NCBI GenBank assembly: GCA_964035575.1
Contig: OZ037841.1
Coordinates: 868,001 to 932,000, forward strand
DNA: 64,000 nucleotides
Source of the DNA: Rhynchopus sp. YZ270_cl-10
Taxonomy: Eukaryota
Reading direction: 5' to 3'
Shown here: piece by piece, positions 12,454 to 24,919 of the stretch
Layout: the number at the start of each line of letters is the position of its first letter
Position numbering within the stretch: the stretch's first letter is position 1
Translations under genes and position numbers: made by a program
Notes under the pieces: model-generated
Told to the model about the DNA's origin: nothing
What the model saw: the letters and a program-made list of their open reading frames with translations, nothing else
Databases searched by the model: none

Positions 12454-14670
12454 ATGGTTTCTGATTGCAAACGCCCTCCAGATGACAGCTTAGAGGAGCT
12501 CGATCGATATGCAGTTAAGATCCAGACACAGCAGAGGAAGGTTCTCGCACAGAGACAGCGGGAGAAGATGGGGGTTGTGCGGGGGATGATTGAGGAGTCT
12601 CTGTCTGATCGCAGTGCGGCGGATGTGGCCAAAGACGTGGCTGCGGAGTATGCCGATGCGGTGGCTGCAGGCGATCCTGCTAGCATCGTGAGCACCTTGG
12701 CGCATGATACCCATATTGAAACGTACAATGGTGTACAACGTGGTCGTCCTGCTGTCAAACAAACGCTGTGTTTATGGGTAAAAACGCTCGGAAAATTTAC
12801 CCATCAAACCACAACGCATAATACCGATAATGACACCGTCGCTGTCGTCTTCTCAGCAGATCCCCCAAATGGTGCAAAAGATGTTCTAATAGTCGACACA
12901 CTCAGCTTTTCTGAAACCCTCCAGGTGGCCTACATCGACCGTCTCGTTGCTAATGAAGATGATGTGTTGGAGACGTCGCTGCATTGCACGCTGTCCGGGC
13001 TTGGGAAAGAGAGGGATTCGCGGAGTTACCTTGCGCGAGAAAACTGCCGTCGGTTTTTCCGCAGTCAGGTTTCTCGGGTTCAGTTTCAGGGGTTGGTTCA
13101 AGGAATTAAGGGTGATGTTTCGTCTTCGGTGGCGAAGCAGAGAGAGGCAGAGTTGTTAGGTGAGGTTCGTGTGCTCCGTGCCCAAATGGTTGAAGCCGAG
13201 CATGTCACCTCTGAAATTCTGCGTTGCAAAGACGCGCAGCTGGTGATGGCGCATAGCCGTGAGGAATACCGTGTCGCGTATCTCTCGAAACGCATTGAAG
13301 AGCTGCTTCTCACCCAGGACGACCTCAGGGCACAGTTGACGTGCACCGGCGCGCTCCCTGGAGACATCCAAATCGAACGCATGGACACTGTGTACACCAG
13401 AAGCGCGCACGAAGCTCCATTAGAGTCCATCAAAGAAGTGTCCTCCGAACGACTCTGCCGTGCTAAGGTTGAACAGCAAAGAGCGGACATCCGGGAAGCG
13501 AGAATGGCAGCACGAAGCAAGACCCGAGCCGCAATTCTGGAAAGGGAAGAGGCAGAAGCACTTGCAGCACACGAAGAAGAAGCTCTAGAGAACGAAGAGC
13601 AAAACAGATTATTTGACAACAGCATCAATCCCTCCGAGAGCATGCTGATGGCAGCAACCTTGCCCACAGAGGGGAAACGCGGCAAGAAACGGAAGAGCCA
13701 TCAGACAGAAGGAGTCTCCATTGGAGTGCAAACGCTTACAATGCGAAAACGTTACGACGAGCAGACCCAAACAACCACACGGAAGGAAGATGCGTGGCAA
13801 GACGTCTACGATATGATCTCCCAAGGACGTCTCGCGGACACAACAGAAAAGGTCAAGGAAAAGAACAGCCGCAAGAAAACACCGCAAAGCCGCAGCACTT
13901 CCCCCATCCATTCAAACCACACATCACGGACTGCCACCCCAGCGCTATCCATGCCAGCTCTTTCAGCACCACCTCCAAAACCTTCTGCAGAAGTTGCCAT
14001 TCAAACCGAACCAGAAAAACCACCACCCACACAACCCGCAGAGCGGAAAACCACCCCACCACCACCACCACTCCCACCACCACCACCACCCGCTGTGCCA
14101 ACTCCATCAGAGCCTCCGCCACCCCCGCTCCCACCCCCTTCGGTTGCCCCAATCCAAACGGAAAAGGAAAAGCCAGGAACAGCACCGGAGGTGGTGTGTA
14201 CTCGGAAGCACCCTAATGTGGTGCAGCTGTTGCCGGAGGGGAGGCGGAAGGCGGGGACTGCGAAGGTGGTGTCGGGGAGGAAGGTGGTGGGGAGGGGGGT
14301 GCTGCGGGGGAAGGTGGCGGGGATGGGCACGCAGCCTCGGAAGAAGGTGGTGCCTCCACCGGGGGCGGTGTGTGCCAGCAAAGGGGGTGGACGTCTCCCG
14401 CCCCTGCCAGCGCAGGCGCGCGCCGAGCGAGACTACTGGGAGATCTTCCGCTGCTGGAAGCGCATCGACCCCACCGACACAGGTACCGTCCCCCTCTCCG
14501 TCCTCCAGCGCTACTGGCAGCAGATCTTCCACGGACGCACGCAGGGTCGCCTCCTTGAAGCAGCATCCATCGCTGCAGAGCTTCGTGCGTACGAAGACGC
14601 GGGGTGTGTGAGCTTCCCGCAGTTCACCTCGCTCTACCTCAATGTTGTAGCACCGACGTCAACGGGGTAA
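12454..14670 (+). CDS. Hypothetical protein with coiled-coil, Pro-rich region and C-terminal EF-hand-like pair
   Basis: 738-aa ORF; EF-hand-like WKRIDPTDTGTVPLSVL and GCVSFPQFTSLY near the C terminus; polypyrimidine tract upstream. Confidence 0.8.
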   Translation: MVSDCKRPPDDSLEELDRYAVKIQTQQRKVLAQRQREKMGVVRGMIEESLSDRSAADVAKDVAAEYADAVAAGDPASIVSTLAHDTHIETYNGVQRGRPAVKQTLCLWVKTLGKFTHQTTTHNTDNDTVAVVFSADPPNGAKDVLIVDTLSFSETLQVAYIDRLVANEDDVLETSLHCTLSGLGKERDSRSYLARENCRRFFRSQVSRVQFQGLVQGIKGDVSSSVAKQREAELLGEVRVLRAQMVEAEHVTSEILRCKDAQLVMAHSREEYRVAYLSKRIEELLLTQDDLRAQLTCTGALPGDIQIERMDTVYTRSAHEAPLESIKEVSSERLCRAKVEQQRADIREARMAARSKTRAAILEREEAEALAAHEEEALENEEQNRLFDNSINPSESMLMAATLPTEGKRGKKRKSHQTEGVSIGVQTLTMRKRYDEQTQTTTRKEDAWQDVYDMISQGRLADTTEKVKEKNSRKKTPQSRSTSPIHSNHTSRTATPALSMPALSAPPPKPSAEVAIQTEPEKPPPTQPAERKTTPPPPPLPPPPPPAVPTPSEPPPPPLPPPSVAPIQTEKEKPGTAPEVVCTRKHPNVVQLLPEGRRKAGTAKVVSGRKVVGRGVLRGKVAGMGTQPRKKVVPPPGAVCASKGGGRLPPLPAQARAERDYWEIFRCWKRIDPTDTGTVPLSVLQRYWQQIFHGRTQGRLLEAASIAAELRAYEDAGCVSFPQFTSLYLNVVAPTSTG

Positions 14671-15295
14671 CATTTTTTTGTCTTTTTTTTTTCTCAAAAA
14701 AACCCCATTTTTAGTGCACGAGAGGTACATCCATCTTACCCCCTTTTTTTGTCATTTTTGAGATGACAGCATGTCTCTTAGACAATTTTTTATTTCCGGT
14801 AATACCGAAGCATAACGGGGTTGTCTTATTTGTATACGTTTGTTTTGTTTGGATAAAAAAAGCATTTTGCTCGCCTTTCAAGGTGGTATTTTTTTTTCTT
14901 GTCGATAATGCAGAAACCCTGCTCCTTTAACAAGGCTGTGGTGTTGTCTGCATTATGTTACTGTCTATATTTACTATTTATAGGGACGCAGTGTGAGGCT
15001 TGGTTTCAATCCTACAAAATATTCCCCCATCTCTCTAAGGCTCTGAAAGGTGAATGTGCACGAGAGACACATTCATCTTTCAATGTTTCTTCCCCACAAC
15101 TTTATTCGTTCTCAACTTTATTTGTTCTCAAACGCAAATCTGCAGATATATGAATACGGAAAACGAAACAACAAACATTAGGGGGGTGGTGTGTTATTTC
15201 AACCTTTTCTTTCTCTCGGCTGGGAAAATGACATCGTCCCTGACAACAAACTTGTGGAAGCCAGCGCAGCTGATGCTATGCGATAACGAATATGA

Positions 15296-15337
15296 TAAGG
15301 TGACTAAGCACGAGAGGCTTAGGATCATCTTACAAAC
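15296..15337 (+). repeat. Dispersed hairpin motif family B/G (7-nt purine loop, TTCATC tail)
   Basis: 42 nt identical to 40314-40355. Related copies at ~1007, 1871, 4853, 6452, 10993, 11904, 14714, 15052, 20003, 23946, 38096, 38177, 41273, 42477, 45570 and 47815; one reverse copy at 29560-29588. Confidence 0.85.
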
Positions 15338-18057
15338 TTTTCTTTCTTTGATGGAGCATCGACCCTCTTTTTGCCCTCTCTGCATGCAGAGGGCTGCTGG
15401 GAGAGAGATGACTGGCACCACTGTAGAGGGCCTCGCTTCATGTGGTCGAATGAGGGGAGGGGGGTAGGGGGGGAAAGCAGGAGAAGGGGTGAAACAGGTC
15501 AAGACAGAGCGATAGCACACAGACTTGATCTGGTGCAAGCCCGCAGGAGTATCTGCCCTATCAGCTTTTGACGGTAGTGTAGTGGACTACCGTGGCTGTA
15601 ACGGGCAATGGGGGAATTAGGGTGGAGAGACGTTGCCGACATGGTTGTGGAGGACCAGGGTGTGTGTGTATGTGCTTTGGGGTGTATTGTTTGATGCATT
15701 AGGCATCACCTCTCCCCACCATCTCATTTGGCATTGCGCACTTTGCAGTTTTGCAGTTTTGCAGTTGGTGGTAGAGTATGGTTCTTAGAATGTGTCTGGG
15801 TATGAATGTGGTGTGCATCGTACCCATAGGGGTGGATGGAAGAGGAGCCTGTGGAGCGTAGGGGGACGAAGGTGGGGGTAAGGGAGAAAAGGGGAGGGGA
15901 TGGGGGGAAATAAGACCCTTATTGAGTTTGCCTCCAGTCTGACGTTGTGCAGTGCGTGGAGAGGTGCGGTCGCTAGGTGAGGCGTTTTCAATGAAATCCT
16001 ACGAGAGGAGAGGGCCCATGTGAACCCATTCATGCTGTCTCATAAGGCAAGGAGGGGTGAAGGGAAGGAGGAGAGCCGCTCACGACTCGTTTTTTTTTAA
16101 ATAATCTATCAGATGTAAACGAAATGGATTGTAGGATTGCATGGTTGGGGGGGGTCCATCATACACTTTCACCGAGGGCTTTTGTATTTCAGATCAAAAT
16201 TTTTTTTTGATGTGGTTTTACTGTTGCTCGTCTGTGTGTGGATGTGGGTGAGTGTGTTTGAAAGCGTTGCTGTGGGCAGTTCCTAAGAGCGAGATATTGC
16301 CCAAGAAGTGGGGTGTGGGTGTGGATGTGGCCATGTGCACACCACCCTGTGAGGTGAGGTGAGGGTACATCTAGCGTGGTTCTGATCTGCCGTATCGGTG
16401 GGGCTTTTTGGTAGTACTGCATGGTTGGGGTCCACCCGTGCACCGACCATCGTACCAAGGTGCACTGTCACCAAGCACTGTCACGAGAGGGGCCGTTGTA
16501 TTGCAAGTCAACCTTTTCCCCGCTTGGTTCTTTGTGATGCCATGAAGGTACACAGCACTGCGAGAGATTCGCTGGGGGTGGTAGTGGGATTGTGGGAGAG
16601 GGGGGATGGGATGGGTGGATAAGGGTACACTGTGAAGCTGGTCTTGCATGCGTCGCCCACCTTCGCTTCCACTGCTGGAGGAGCAGCAGCTCCTTCAGCT
16701 GCTCTTCTGGGGTGTACGTGTTCACGTCAGGGCAATGATACTAGGTAGAGGGGGTAGGGGCAGCCGTACGGCCGTTAGCTATGTAGCCCTGTTCCCCCTG
16801 TGGGTTGTGTGAGGATGTGGGATACCAAGGAAGCGGTCGGGGGCACTGCTCGCGTAGTGTGGGAGGGTGCGCCTGGTGGTGTGCGTATGCGTATTTTTTT
16901 TTTTGTCATCAATTTGGAAGACGTCCTGTGTACTGTTTGTGCACGTTGTTTGGGGGAATGTGGGATGTGGGGAACTGGGTAAGATGTTACGATGTCGCAA
17001 GCGTGAGAGAGGCGTGCGCAGAGGGCTCTTAGGCTGCTAAGCCAGTTGTAGGGATGTGGATGTAGTGGGGATGTGGGGATGTGGCAACTGGTCTACACTG
17101 TCGCAAAGGTGAGAGAAGCGTGCCTTGTGGCCTTCCGTGTGGGGCAATCTGCACGAACCTTGCTGATGAATGACGTCCTTGCCGTGTTCAGAGGGGCGGC
17201 ACGGTGTCTCAAGAGAGAGAGGTGAGAGCAATGAGCTGACAGAGGTCTTCCTGAGGATGTGCTTTTTTTTTTTTTTTTTTAAATTCCCATTTGGGAATCA
17301 CGTTCACCAGATGAGGCAGATCGTGTTGTGAGTAGTGCCGGTGGTTGACTTGAAATGGACGGTTGAAACGGGTTGTTGTACTTTTCGCTGTACCCTGCGT
17401 TTTGCTCCTCCCTCTGGGGGAGGGAGGGAGGGTTAATGCAAGCAATGTAGGTAAGCACGGCAGGTGCAGTAAATGACTTTTTACTTATTTCAACCGTAAG
17501 CCAACAGTGACACCACAAAGTAAACAAATCAAGTCATTTTACTACCCGCGGAGAACCAGCGACCGTCCGTCGGTTGTACGGTGAGGCGTCTTGCACTTTC
17601 AACTTCTCTTTTACTTTACCGTCGTGAGGGAAGCCGGCCACCTAGACTTCGTGGCGTACGTGTGGGGAAAGGAGAGGATGGCCTTCTAGGGGGTGCAGTG
17701 TAGATTGCTAGAGGGTTCGCGTTAGTATAGGGTTGATGTGGCTGCGGTCGCGCTCTCGGGTGCAACTGCCGCCTCTGATTCTCGGCTAACACTGCCCTGG
17801 ACGCGTCTACAATGAAGTACCAACTTAGCAGAGGGTTCGGCGGTTGGGGGAGGATCATTTGTTGTTCAGAAGGGCTATCGAGTGTGGTCGCTTCTGTGGT
17901 CTCAATGGGGGGATGCCTACCAGATGGCTTCTGGCCACCTGTGTAGGTTGTAAGGTGGTGTAGCTGACACTGGCACCTATGTGATGTTTGAGTTGCACCA
18001 TGTCCCACAACACCACAACCACAGCAGTAAAAAGAAAAGACACCGATCAACGCAAAC

Positions 18058-19914
18058 ATGGAGTTGAATGTGGCCTTCTCCGACAGGACGTACGTGATCG
18101 AGGTGGGTGTGGATGACACAACTGTGCAGATGCGTCGGAAGGTGGCGTCTGCAGTGGGGATGACTGAAGGCAGCTTCCTCATGACTTTCAATGGTGAGGT
18201 GATGGATGAAGGAGCGGACATGACGCAGCTGAGTGCTGGGGATACGATTGTGCTGACGAAGTCAACGAAGTACGAAGCCATCACAGCGCTTCGTAAGTTG
18301 GGTGAGACAGACCTGACGCCGGAGAGATTCAAGAACGTGCGGAATCTTCGTGTGGTGAATTTGTTTCTACAGGCAGAGGTTGTGACTGTCATACCCAATG
18401 ATTTCTTCTCCAATGTAGGGTTATCATACGTTAATCTGAGTGCTGGGTCGGCCGTCACGCAAATAGGGAGCAACTTCCTCAGATGGTGCTCTGACTTAGA
18501 AACGGTGGACTTGTCTTCGTTCAGCAGTCTGACGAAGGTTGGGAGTAATTTCCTCGTCGGATGCACTAGCTTAACAACGTTGAACTTGTCACCACTCAGC
18601 CGTCTGAGGAAGGTGGGAGACAACTTCCTAGACTGTTGCCATGCCTTAACAACGTTGGATTTGTCGTCACTCAGCAGTCTCACGAAGGTTGGGGATAATT
18701 TTCTCAGGAGTTGCTGGAGCTTACACACGTTGGACTTGACACCACTCAGCAGTCTCACGCAGGTTGGGGATAATTTTCTCAACGGCTGCAACTTAACAAC
18801 GTTGAACTTGACACCACACAGCCGTCTGACGAAGGTGGGAGACAACTTACTCAGCTGCAATAGCTTAACAACGCTGGACTTGTCGCCACTCAACAGTCTT
18901 ACGCATGTTGGGTGTCATTTTCTCAACGAATGCAGTAGCTTAACAACGTTGGACTTGTCGCCACTCAGCAGTCTGACGCAGGTTGGGGACAACTTCCTGA
19001 ACAGATGCACTGGCTTCACTACACTGGACATATCACTCAGCAGTCTTACGCGGGTTGGGTGCCATTTTCTCAGCGAATGCAGTAGCTTAACAACGTTGGT
19101 CTTGTCGCTCAGTAGTCTTACGAAGGTTGGGGATAATTTTCTCAGTGGATACACTGGTTTAACAACGTTCGACTTGTCGCCACTCAGCAGTCTGAAGCAG
19201 GTTGGGCACAATTTTCTGAAAGGATGCGACAGCTTAACTTCACTGAACTTGCCTTCGCCCAGCAGTCTTGCGGAAGTTGGCGACTACTTCCTCAGCGGCT
19301 GCAACAGCTTAGAAGTGCTGGACTTGTCTTCACTCAAGGCTCTTACGCAGGTCGGAGACTTCTTCCTAGACGAATGCACCAGTTTAACAACGCTCAACAT
19401 GTCTTCACTCAGCAGTCTCACGAGGACTGGGGACTTCTTCCTCAACGAATGCAGTAGTTTAGCAACACTGGACCTTTCTTCCCTCAGCAGTCTCACGCGG
19501 ATTGCCAACAATTTTCTCAACGGATGCAGTGGGTTAGCAGTTCTGGACTTGTCTTCACTCAGCAGTGTGACGTGCATAGGAAACTTCTTCCTCAACGGGT
19601 GCACCAGTTTAACAGCGTTGGACTTATCAGCACTCAGCAGCCTTATCCGCTTTGAGAACAACGTCCTGAACGGATGCAGAAGTTTAAAAACGCTGGACTT
19701 GTCTTCACTCAGCAGAGTGAGGTTTATGGTCAACACTTTCTGCCCGTTGCGAAGTTTGGAAAGCGTGTACGTCTCTGGATGCAGTGATTATTTGTTAAAA
19801 GCTGTGAAGAAGGCGAAGTTTAGCGAGTTTGTGGTGGAGGACCGTCCGAAGCGAAAGCGTGACGGATCTCTGGACGAAGACGAAGACCGCAAGCGTCCGA
19901 GACTGTCGCAATGA
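18058..19914 (+). CDS. Ubiquitin-like domain + leucine-rich repeat protein, copy 1 (~18 repeats), with C-terminal bipartite NLS
   Basis: N-terminal ~70-aa UBL-like pattern (MELNVAFSDRTYVIEV..QLSAGDTIVL); 25-aa repeats LTxVGxxFLxxCxxLxxLDLSxLSS; tail KRKRD..RKRPR. Confidence 0.9.
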   Translation: MELNVAFSDRTYVIEVGVDDTTVQMRRKVASAVGMTEGSFLMTFNGEVMDEGADMTQLSAGDTIVLTKSTKYEAITALRKLGETDLTPERFKNVRNLRVVNLFLQAEVVTVIPNDFFSNVGLSYVNLSAGSAVTQIGSNFLRWCSDLETVDLSSFSSLTKVGSNFLVGCTSLTTLNLSPLSRLRKVGDNFLDCCHALTTLDLSSLSSLTKVGDNFLRSCWSLHTLDLTPLSSLTQVGDNFLNGCNLTTLNLTPHSRLTKVGDNLLSCNSLTTLDLSPLNSLTHVGCHFLNECSSLTTLDLSPLSSLTQVGDNFLNRCTGFTTLDISLSSLTRVGCHFLSECSSLTTLVLSLSSLTKVGDNFLSGYTGLTTFDLSPLSSLKQVGHNFLKGCDSLTSLNLPSPSSLAEVGDYFLSGCNSLEVLDLSSLKALTQVGDFFLDECTSLTTLNMSSLSSLTRTGDFFLNECSSLATLDLSSLSSLTRIANNFLNGCSGLAVLDLSSLSSVTCIGNFFLNGCTSLTALDLSALSSLIRFENNVLNGCRSLKTLDLSSLSRVRFMVNTFCPLRSLESVYVSGCSDYLLKAVKKAKFSEFVVEDRPKRKRDGSLDEDEDRKRPRLSQ

Positions 19915-21679
19915 GAGACGCACAGCCTGTTGATAGCACACTTCGCGTTGGACGTGGTGCAGACTCATTCGCGGTGCAGAGTCTTCGCGTTTTTATGGGA
20001 AATATATTCGCCTCAAAAGAGAAATATTCATCTTTCAACATTTGTTTTTTAAATGCACCCTTAACGTCACAGAGATGTCACTTCCACTGGGATGTAGAAT
20101 TCTACAGGGCAGTCTTTTCCTTGTTGTTCTTTCGTATTTTATTTGTGAATGCAAAGTGAGGCAATGGGATGGGGTATGATGAAAAGTCAAATGTACTTTT
20201 TATTTTTGTAATTTTTAAGTACTCGCGTTGAATTTCAGGGTGTGCACTGTATGTGAAACAGCTGTGGATCTGCAGGTGCGTGTTCTGTTGTTCGTTCCGT
20301 GTGGTGTAGTTTGTAGTGTATTTTTTCTCTCATTTTTATATGTTACCATAAGAAGGTACCTCGCGGATATTCTTTCGCAGGTGGGCACAAGTTGTCACTG
20401 TGGCACTCAGCTGCGGTGCAGAAGAGGCAGTAGGGCAGACCAACTACCAAACGTGGGGTCTGTGCTACGCGGAATGACTGGTGCTTGGGTTTGTTGATTG
20501 TCTGTTGTGGTGCACCCCAGTTGTGTTGGTCGGCTTGCCGATCTGTTCTGTGACTGGGCTTGTGCTACTTGGTGATGGTCGACACAACAAAAAGGAAAAG
20601 GCAAACGTATGCGTTGTCAGCGTACCAACTAAACAGAGAAAAGAACGGAGGGGATTTAACTTATTTTCATTAAGATGACTGATTTGGGGAGTGGGGGGAA
20701 AGAAGCGCACATTGGACAAGAACATGTAAAGCAACCTTCTCCTCCTTCACCCCATTTTTTACCCCCCCTTTGACACCTTCCTCACCAACTAAACTGGCAC
20801 TTAAACTGCGCGGATGGTTGCCTTTTTGAGCGTTTTTTGAGTGTGTGATGAGCACCACCCTGCCAGCGACCCTACTCCTTCGCACCCTACTGGCTGGGGT
20901 ACATCAAGCTCTTGCGTTGAGTAACTTTCTCCCATTCTGAAAGAAATGCTTGCACTACCGAGCATGCAACAGAGGCCTGTAGTCAGGCGAGAGCCGTTTT
21001 TTCTCTGCCCCTACCTCAGCACTAGCGGTGGCTGTATTGTGATAGTTGCCGATCATACAATACACATCACAATACAGCCACCAGTAACCATTGCCCTCTT
21101 TTTTATTCAGAGCCAGAGCCAGATCCACAGAAACAGTTCTTCTTCTCCTTCACCCTTTTTTTTTTTTTGTGTTATCAAGCATTGACGAATAGAAATGGAA
21201 AACGACGGATGGTGCGTGCCCGCTTTAGCGTATTGGTTTTCCACTAACATCACTCACATTCATCAGTGAAAAGCAGAAACCTTTTGCGGTGCGATAAACG
21301 AAAAAGTGTTTTCTTTATTTCATTTAACTGTCATATCCTGAAGTCGTTTTCTATTTTTTACCTACAAAGTGACTACACACTAGAGGCTTCGGTGCAGCGT
21401 ATAGTCTCGATTGATTTTTGGGTTTTCCTGTCGCTCTCCAAATACCGAACCACCGCCACCGACATCAAGGGCTGCACGGATCACGCCGCTGCTCCCCACA
21501 AAGCATCGTGCCCTACCCATGTGTGCTGCACACGGAGGTTACATCACATGAGTGGACGAGGGAACAACTTTCTAATTTAGATTAGAAGCAGATGAGGTGA
21601 CGGCAAACACCTCTTCCCCATAGTCCCCACAACACCACAACCACAGCAGTAAAAATAAAAGACACCGATCAACGCAGAC

Positions 21680-23857
21680 ATGGAGCTGAATGTGGCCTTC
21701 TCCGACAGGACGTACGTGATCGAGGTGGGTGTGGATGACACAACTGTGCAGATGCGTCGGAAGGTGGCGTCTGCAGTGGGGATGACTGAAGGCAGCTTCC
21801 TCATGACTTTCAATGGTGAGGTGATGGATGAAGGAGCGGACATGACGCAGCTGAGTGCTGGGGATACGATTGTGCTGACGAAGTCAACGAAGTACGAAGC
21901 CATCACAGCGCTTCGTGAGTTGGGTGTGACAGACCTGACGCCGGAGAAGTTCAAAGTGTACTTGAACGCGCACGATGTCCGTAAGGTGAATTTGTTTCTA
22001 CAGGCAGAGGTTGTGACTGTCATACCCAATGCTTTCTTCTCCAATGCATGGTTATCATCCATTGATCTGAGTGCTGGGTCGGCCGTCACGCAAATAGGGA
22101 GCAACTTCCTCAGAGGTTGCTGTAACTTAAAAACGGTGGACTTGTCGTCGTTCAGCAGTCTGACGAAGGTTGGGGATCATTTTCTCTACGGATGCTATAG
22201 GGTAGAAACACTGAACTTGTCGTCACTCAACAGTCTTACGAAGGTTGGGGATAATTTTCTCAAAGGATGCCGCAGCTTACAAACGTTGGACTTGTCGTCG
22301 TTCAGCAGTCTCACGCAGGTTGGGGATCATTTCCTGGACGGATGCAATGAGGTAGAAACACTAAACTTGTCGCCACTCCGCCGTCTTACGAAGGTTGGAG
22401 ATGATTTTCTCAAAGGATGCCGCAAGTTACAAACGTTGGACTTGTCGCCACTCAGCGGTCTTACGCAGGTTGGGAATAATTTTCTCAGTAAATACACTGA
22501 CTTCACAACGCTGGACTTGTCGTCACTCAACAGTCTTACGAAGGTTGGGGACAGTTTCATCAGGGGATGCACTTGTTTCACAACGTTGGACTTGTCGTCA
22601 CTCAGCAGTCTGACGCAGGTTGGGAATAATTTTCTCAGCGAATGCACTGGCTTCACAACGTTGGACTTGTCGCCACTCAGCAATCTTACGAAGGTTGGGC
22701 ACAATTTCATCAGGGGATGCACTGGCTTTACAGCGCTGGACTTGTCGCCACTCAGCAGTCTGACGCAGGTTGGGGATGATTTTCTCAGTGAATGCACTGG
22801 CTTAACAACGTTGGACTTGTCGCCACTCAGCAATCTTACGCAGGTTGGGGACAGTTTCATCAGGGGATGCGATGTTTTAGCAATGCTGCACTTGTCGCCA
22901 CTCAGCAGTCTTACAAAGGTTGGGGACAATTTTCTCAGCGTGTACACTGGATTAACAACTTTAGACTTGTCGCCACTCAACAGTCTGACGCAGGTTGGGG
23001 ATAATTTTCTCAGTGGATACACTGGTTTAACAACTTTAGACTTGTCACCACTCAGCAGTCTGACGCAGGTTGGGTGTCATTTTCTCAGCGAATGCAATGG
23101 CTTCACAACGTTGGACTTGTCGCCACTCAACAGTCTTACAAAGGTTGGGGATAACTTTCTGAAAGGATGCGACAGCTTAACTTCACTGAACTTGCCTTCG
23201 CCCAGCAGTCTTGCGGAAGTTGGCGACTACTTCCTCAGCGGCTGCAGCAGCTTAGAAGTGCTGGACTTGTCTTCACTCAAGGCTCTTACGCAGGTCGGAG
23301 ACTTCTTCCTAGACGAATGCACCAGTTTAACAACGCTCAACATGTCTTCACTCAGCAGTCTCACGAGGACTGGGGACTTCTTCCTCAACGAATGCAGTAG
23401 TTTAGCAACACTGGACCTTTCTTCCCTCAGCAGTCTCACGCGGATTGCCGACAATTTTCTCAACGGATGCAGTGGGTTAGCAGTTCTGGACTTGTCTTCA
23501 CTCAGCAGTGTGACGTGCATAGCAAACTTCTTCCTCAACGGGTGCACCAGTTTAACAGCGTTGGACTTATCAGCACTCAGCAGCCTTATCCGCTTTGAGA
23601 ACAACGTCCTGAACGGATGCAGAAGTTTAAAAACGCTGGACTTGTCTTCACTCAGCGGAGTGAGGTTTATGGTCAACACTTTCTGCCCGTTGCGAAGTTT
23701 GGAACGCGTGTACGTCTCTGGATGCAGTGATTATTTGTTAAAAGCTGTGAAGAAGGCGAAGTTCAGCGAGTTTGTGGTGGAGGACCGTCCGAAGCGAAAG
23801 CGTGACGGATCTCTGGACGAAGACGAAGACCGCAAGCGTCCGAGACTGTCGCAATGA
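21680..23857 (+). CDS. Ubiquitin-like domain + leucine-rich repeat protein, copy 2 (~22 repeats), with C-terminal bipartite NLS
   Basis: Same architecture as copy 1; UBL and last seven repeats nearly identical; four extra central repeats. Confidence 0.9.
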   Translation: MELNVAFSDRTYVIEVGVDDTTVQMRRKVASAVGMTEGSFLMTFNGEVMDEGADMTQLSAGDTIVLTKSTKYEAITALRELGVTDLTPEKFKVYLNAHDVRKVNLFLQAEVVTVIPNAFFSNAWLSSIDLSAGSAVTQIGSNFLRGCCNLKTVDLSSFSSLTKVGDHFLYGCYRVETLNLSSLNSLTKVGDNFLKGCRSLQTLDLSSFSSLTQVGDHFLDGCNEVETLNLSPLRRLTKVGDDFLKGCRKLQTLDLSPLSGLTQVGNNFLSKYTDFTTLDLSSLNSLTKVGDSFIRGCTCFTTLDLSSLSSLTQVGNNFLSECTGFTTLDLSPLSNLTKVGHNFIRGCTGFTALDLSPLSSLTQVGDDFLSECTGLTTLDLSPLSNLTQVGDSFIRGCDVLAMLHLSPLSSLTKVGDNFLSVYTGLTTLDLSPLNSLTQVGDNFLSGYTGLTTLDLSPLSSLTQVGCHFLSECNGFTTLDLSPLNSLTKVGDNFLKGCDSLTSLNLPSPSSLAEVGDYFLSGCSSLEVLDLSSLKALTQVGDFFLDECTSLTTLNMSSLSSLTRTGDFFLNECSSLATLDLSSLSSLTRIADNFLNGCSGLAVLDLSSLSSVTCIANFFLNGCTSLTALDLSALSSLIRFENNVLNGCRSLKTLDLSSLSGVRFMVNTFCPLRSLERVYVSGCSDYLLKAVKKAKFSEFVVEDRPKRKRDGSLDEDEDRKRPRLSQ

Positions 23858-24919
23858 GAGACGCACAGCCTGTTGACAGCACACTTCGCGTTGGACGTGG
23901 TGCAGACTCATTCGCGGTGCAGAGTCTTCGCGTTTTTATGGGAAATATATTCGCCTCAAAAGAGAAATATTCATCTTTCAACATTTGTTTTTTAAATGCA
24001 CCCTTAACGTCACAGAGATGTCACTTCCACTGGGATGTAGAAGGGCAGTCTTTTCCTTGTTGTTCTTTCGTATTTTATTTGTGAATGCAAAGTGAGACAA
24101 TGGGATGGGGTATGATGAAAAGTCAAATGTACTTTTTATTTTTGTAATTTTTAAGTACTCGCGTTGAATTTCAGGGTGTGCACTGTATGTGAAACAACTG
24201 TGGATCTGCAGGTGCGTGTTGTGTTGTTCGTTCCGTGTGGTGTGTTGAAGTTTGTAGTGTATTTTTCTCTCATTTTTATACGTTACCATAAGAAGGGACC
24301 TCGCGGATATTCTTTCGCAGGTGGGCACAAGTTGTCACTGTGGCACTCAGCTGCGGTGCAGAAGAGGCAGTAGGGCAGACCAACTACCAAACGTGGGGTC
24401 TGTGCTACGCGGAATGACTGGTGCTTGGGTTTGTTGATTGTCTGTTGTGGTGCACCCCAGTTGTGTTGGTCGGCTTGCCGATCTGTTCTGTGACTGGGCT
24501 TGTGCTACTCGGTGATGGTCGACACAACAAAAAGGAAAAGGCAAACGTATGCGTTGTCAGCGTACCAACTAAACAGAGAAAAGAACGGAGGGGGTTTAAC
24601 TTATTTTCATTAAGATGACTGTATTGGGGAGTGGGGGAAAGAAACGCAAATTGGACAAGAACATGTAAAGCAACCTTCTCCTCCTTCACCCCATTTTTTA
24701 CCCCCTATCTGTATTGCGATGTGTATTATGTATACTGGGCAATGATCACAATACAACCACCATCACCTCCTTTTTTTTCCCAGATCCACATACACAAAAA
24801 CAGTTCTTCTTTTCCCCCTCACTTTTTTTTCCACATACAAAGTGACTACACAGTGGAGGCTTCAGTTCATCGAAAACCTTTTTTATTTTCCCCTCAACGC
24901 AATTCTATGCACTGATTAA

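Larger units (their letters stand above)
18002..24705 (+). repeat. Tandem duplication of the UBL-LRR gene with flanks
   Basis: Units ~18002-20765 and ~21623-24705 share the leader, CDS ends and ~850 nt of downstream sequence. Confidence 0.9.

Noticed and set aside
15296..15337. Hairpin motif as HDV-like ribozyme, snoRNA or spliced-leader RNA
   Set aside because: No P1/P2 pseudoknot partners, no C/D or H/ACA boxes, and no spliced-leader exon with GT donor.
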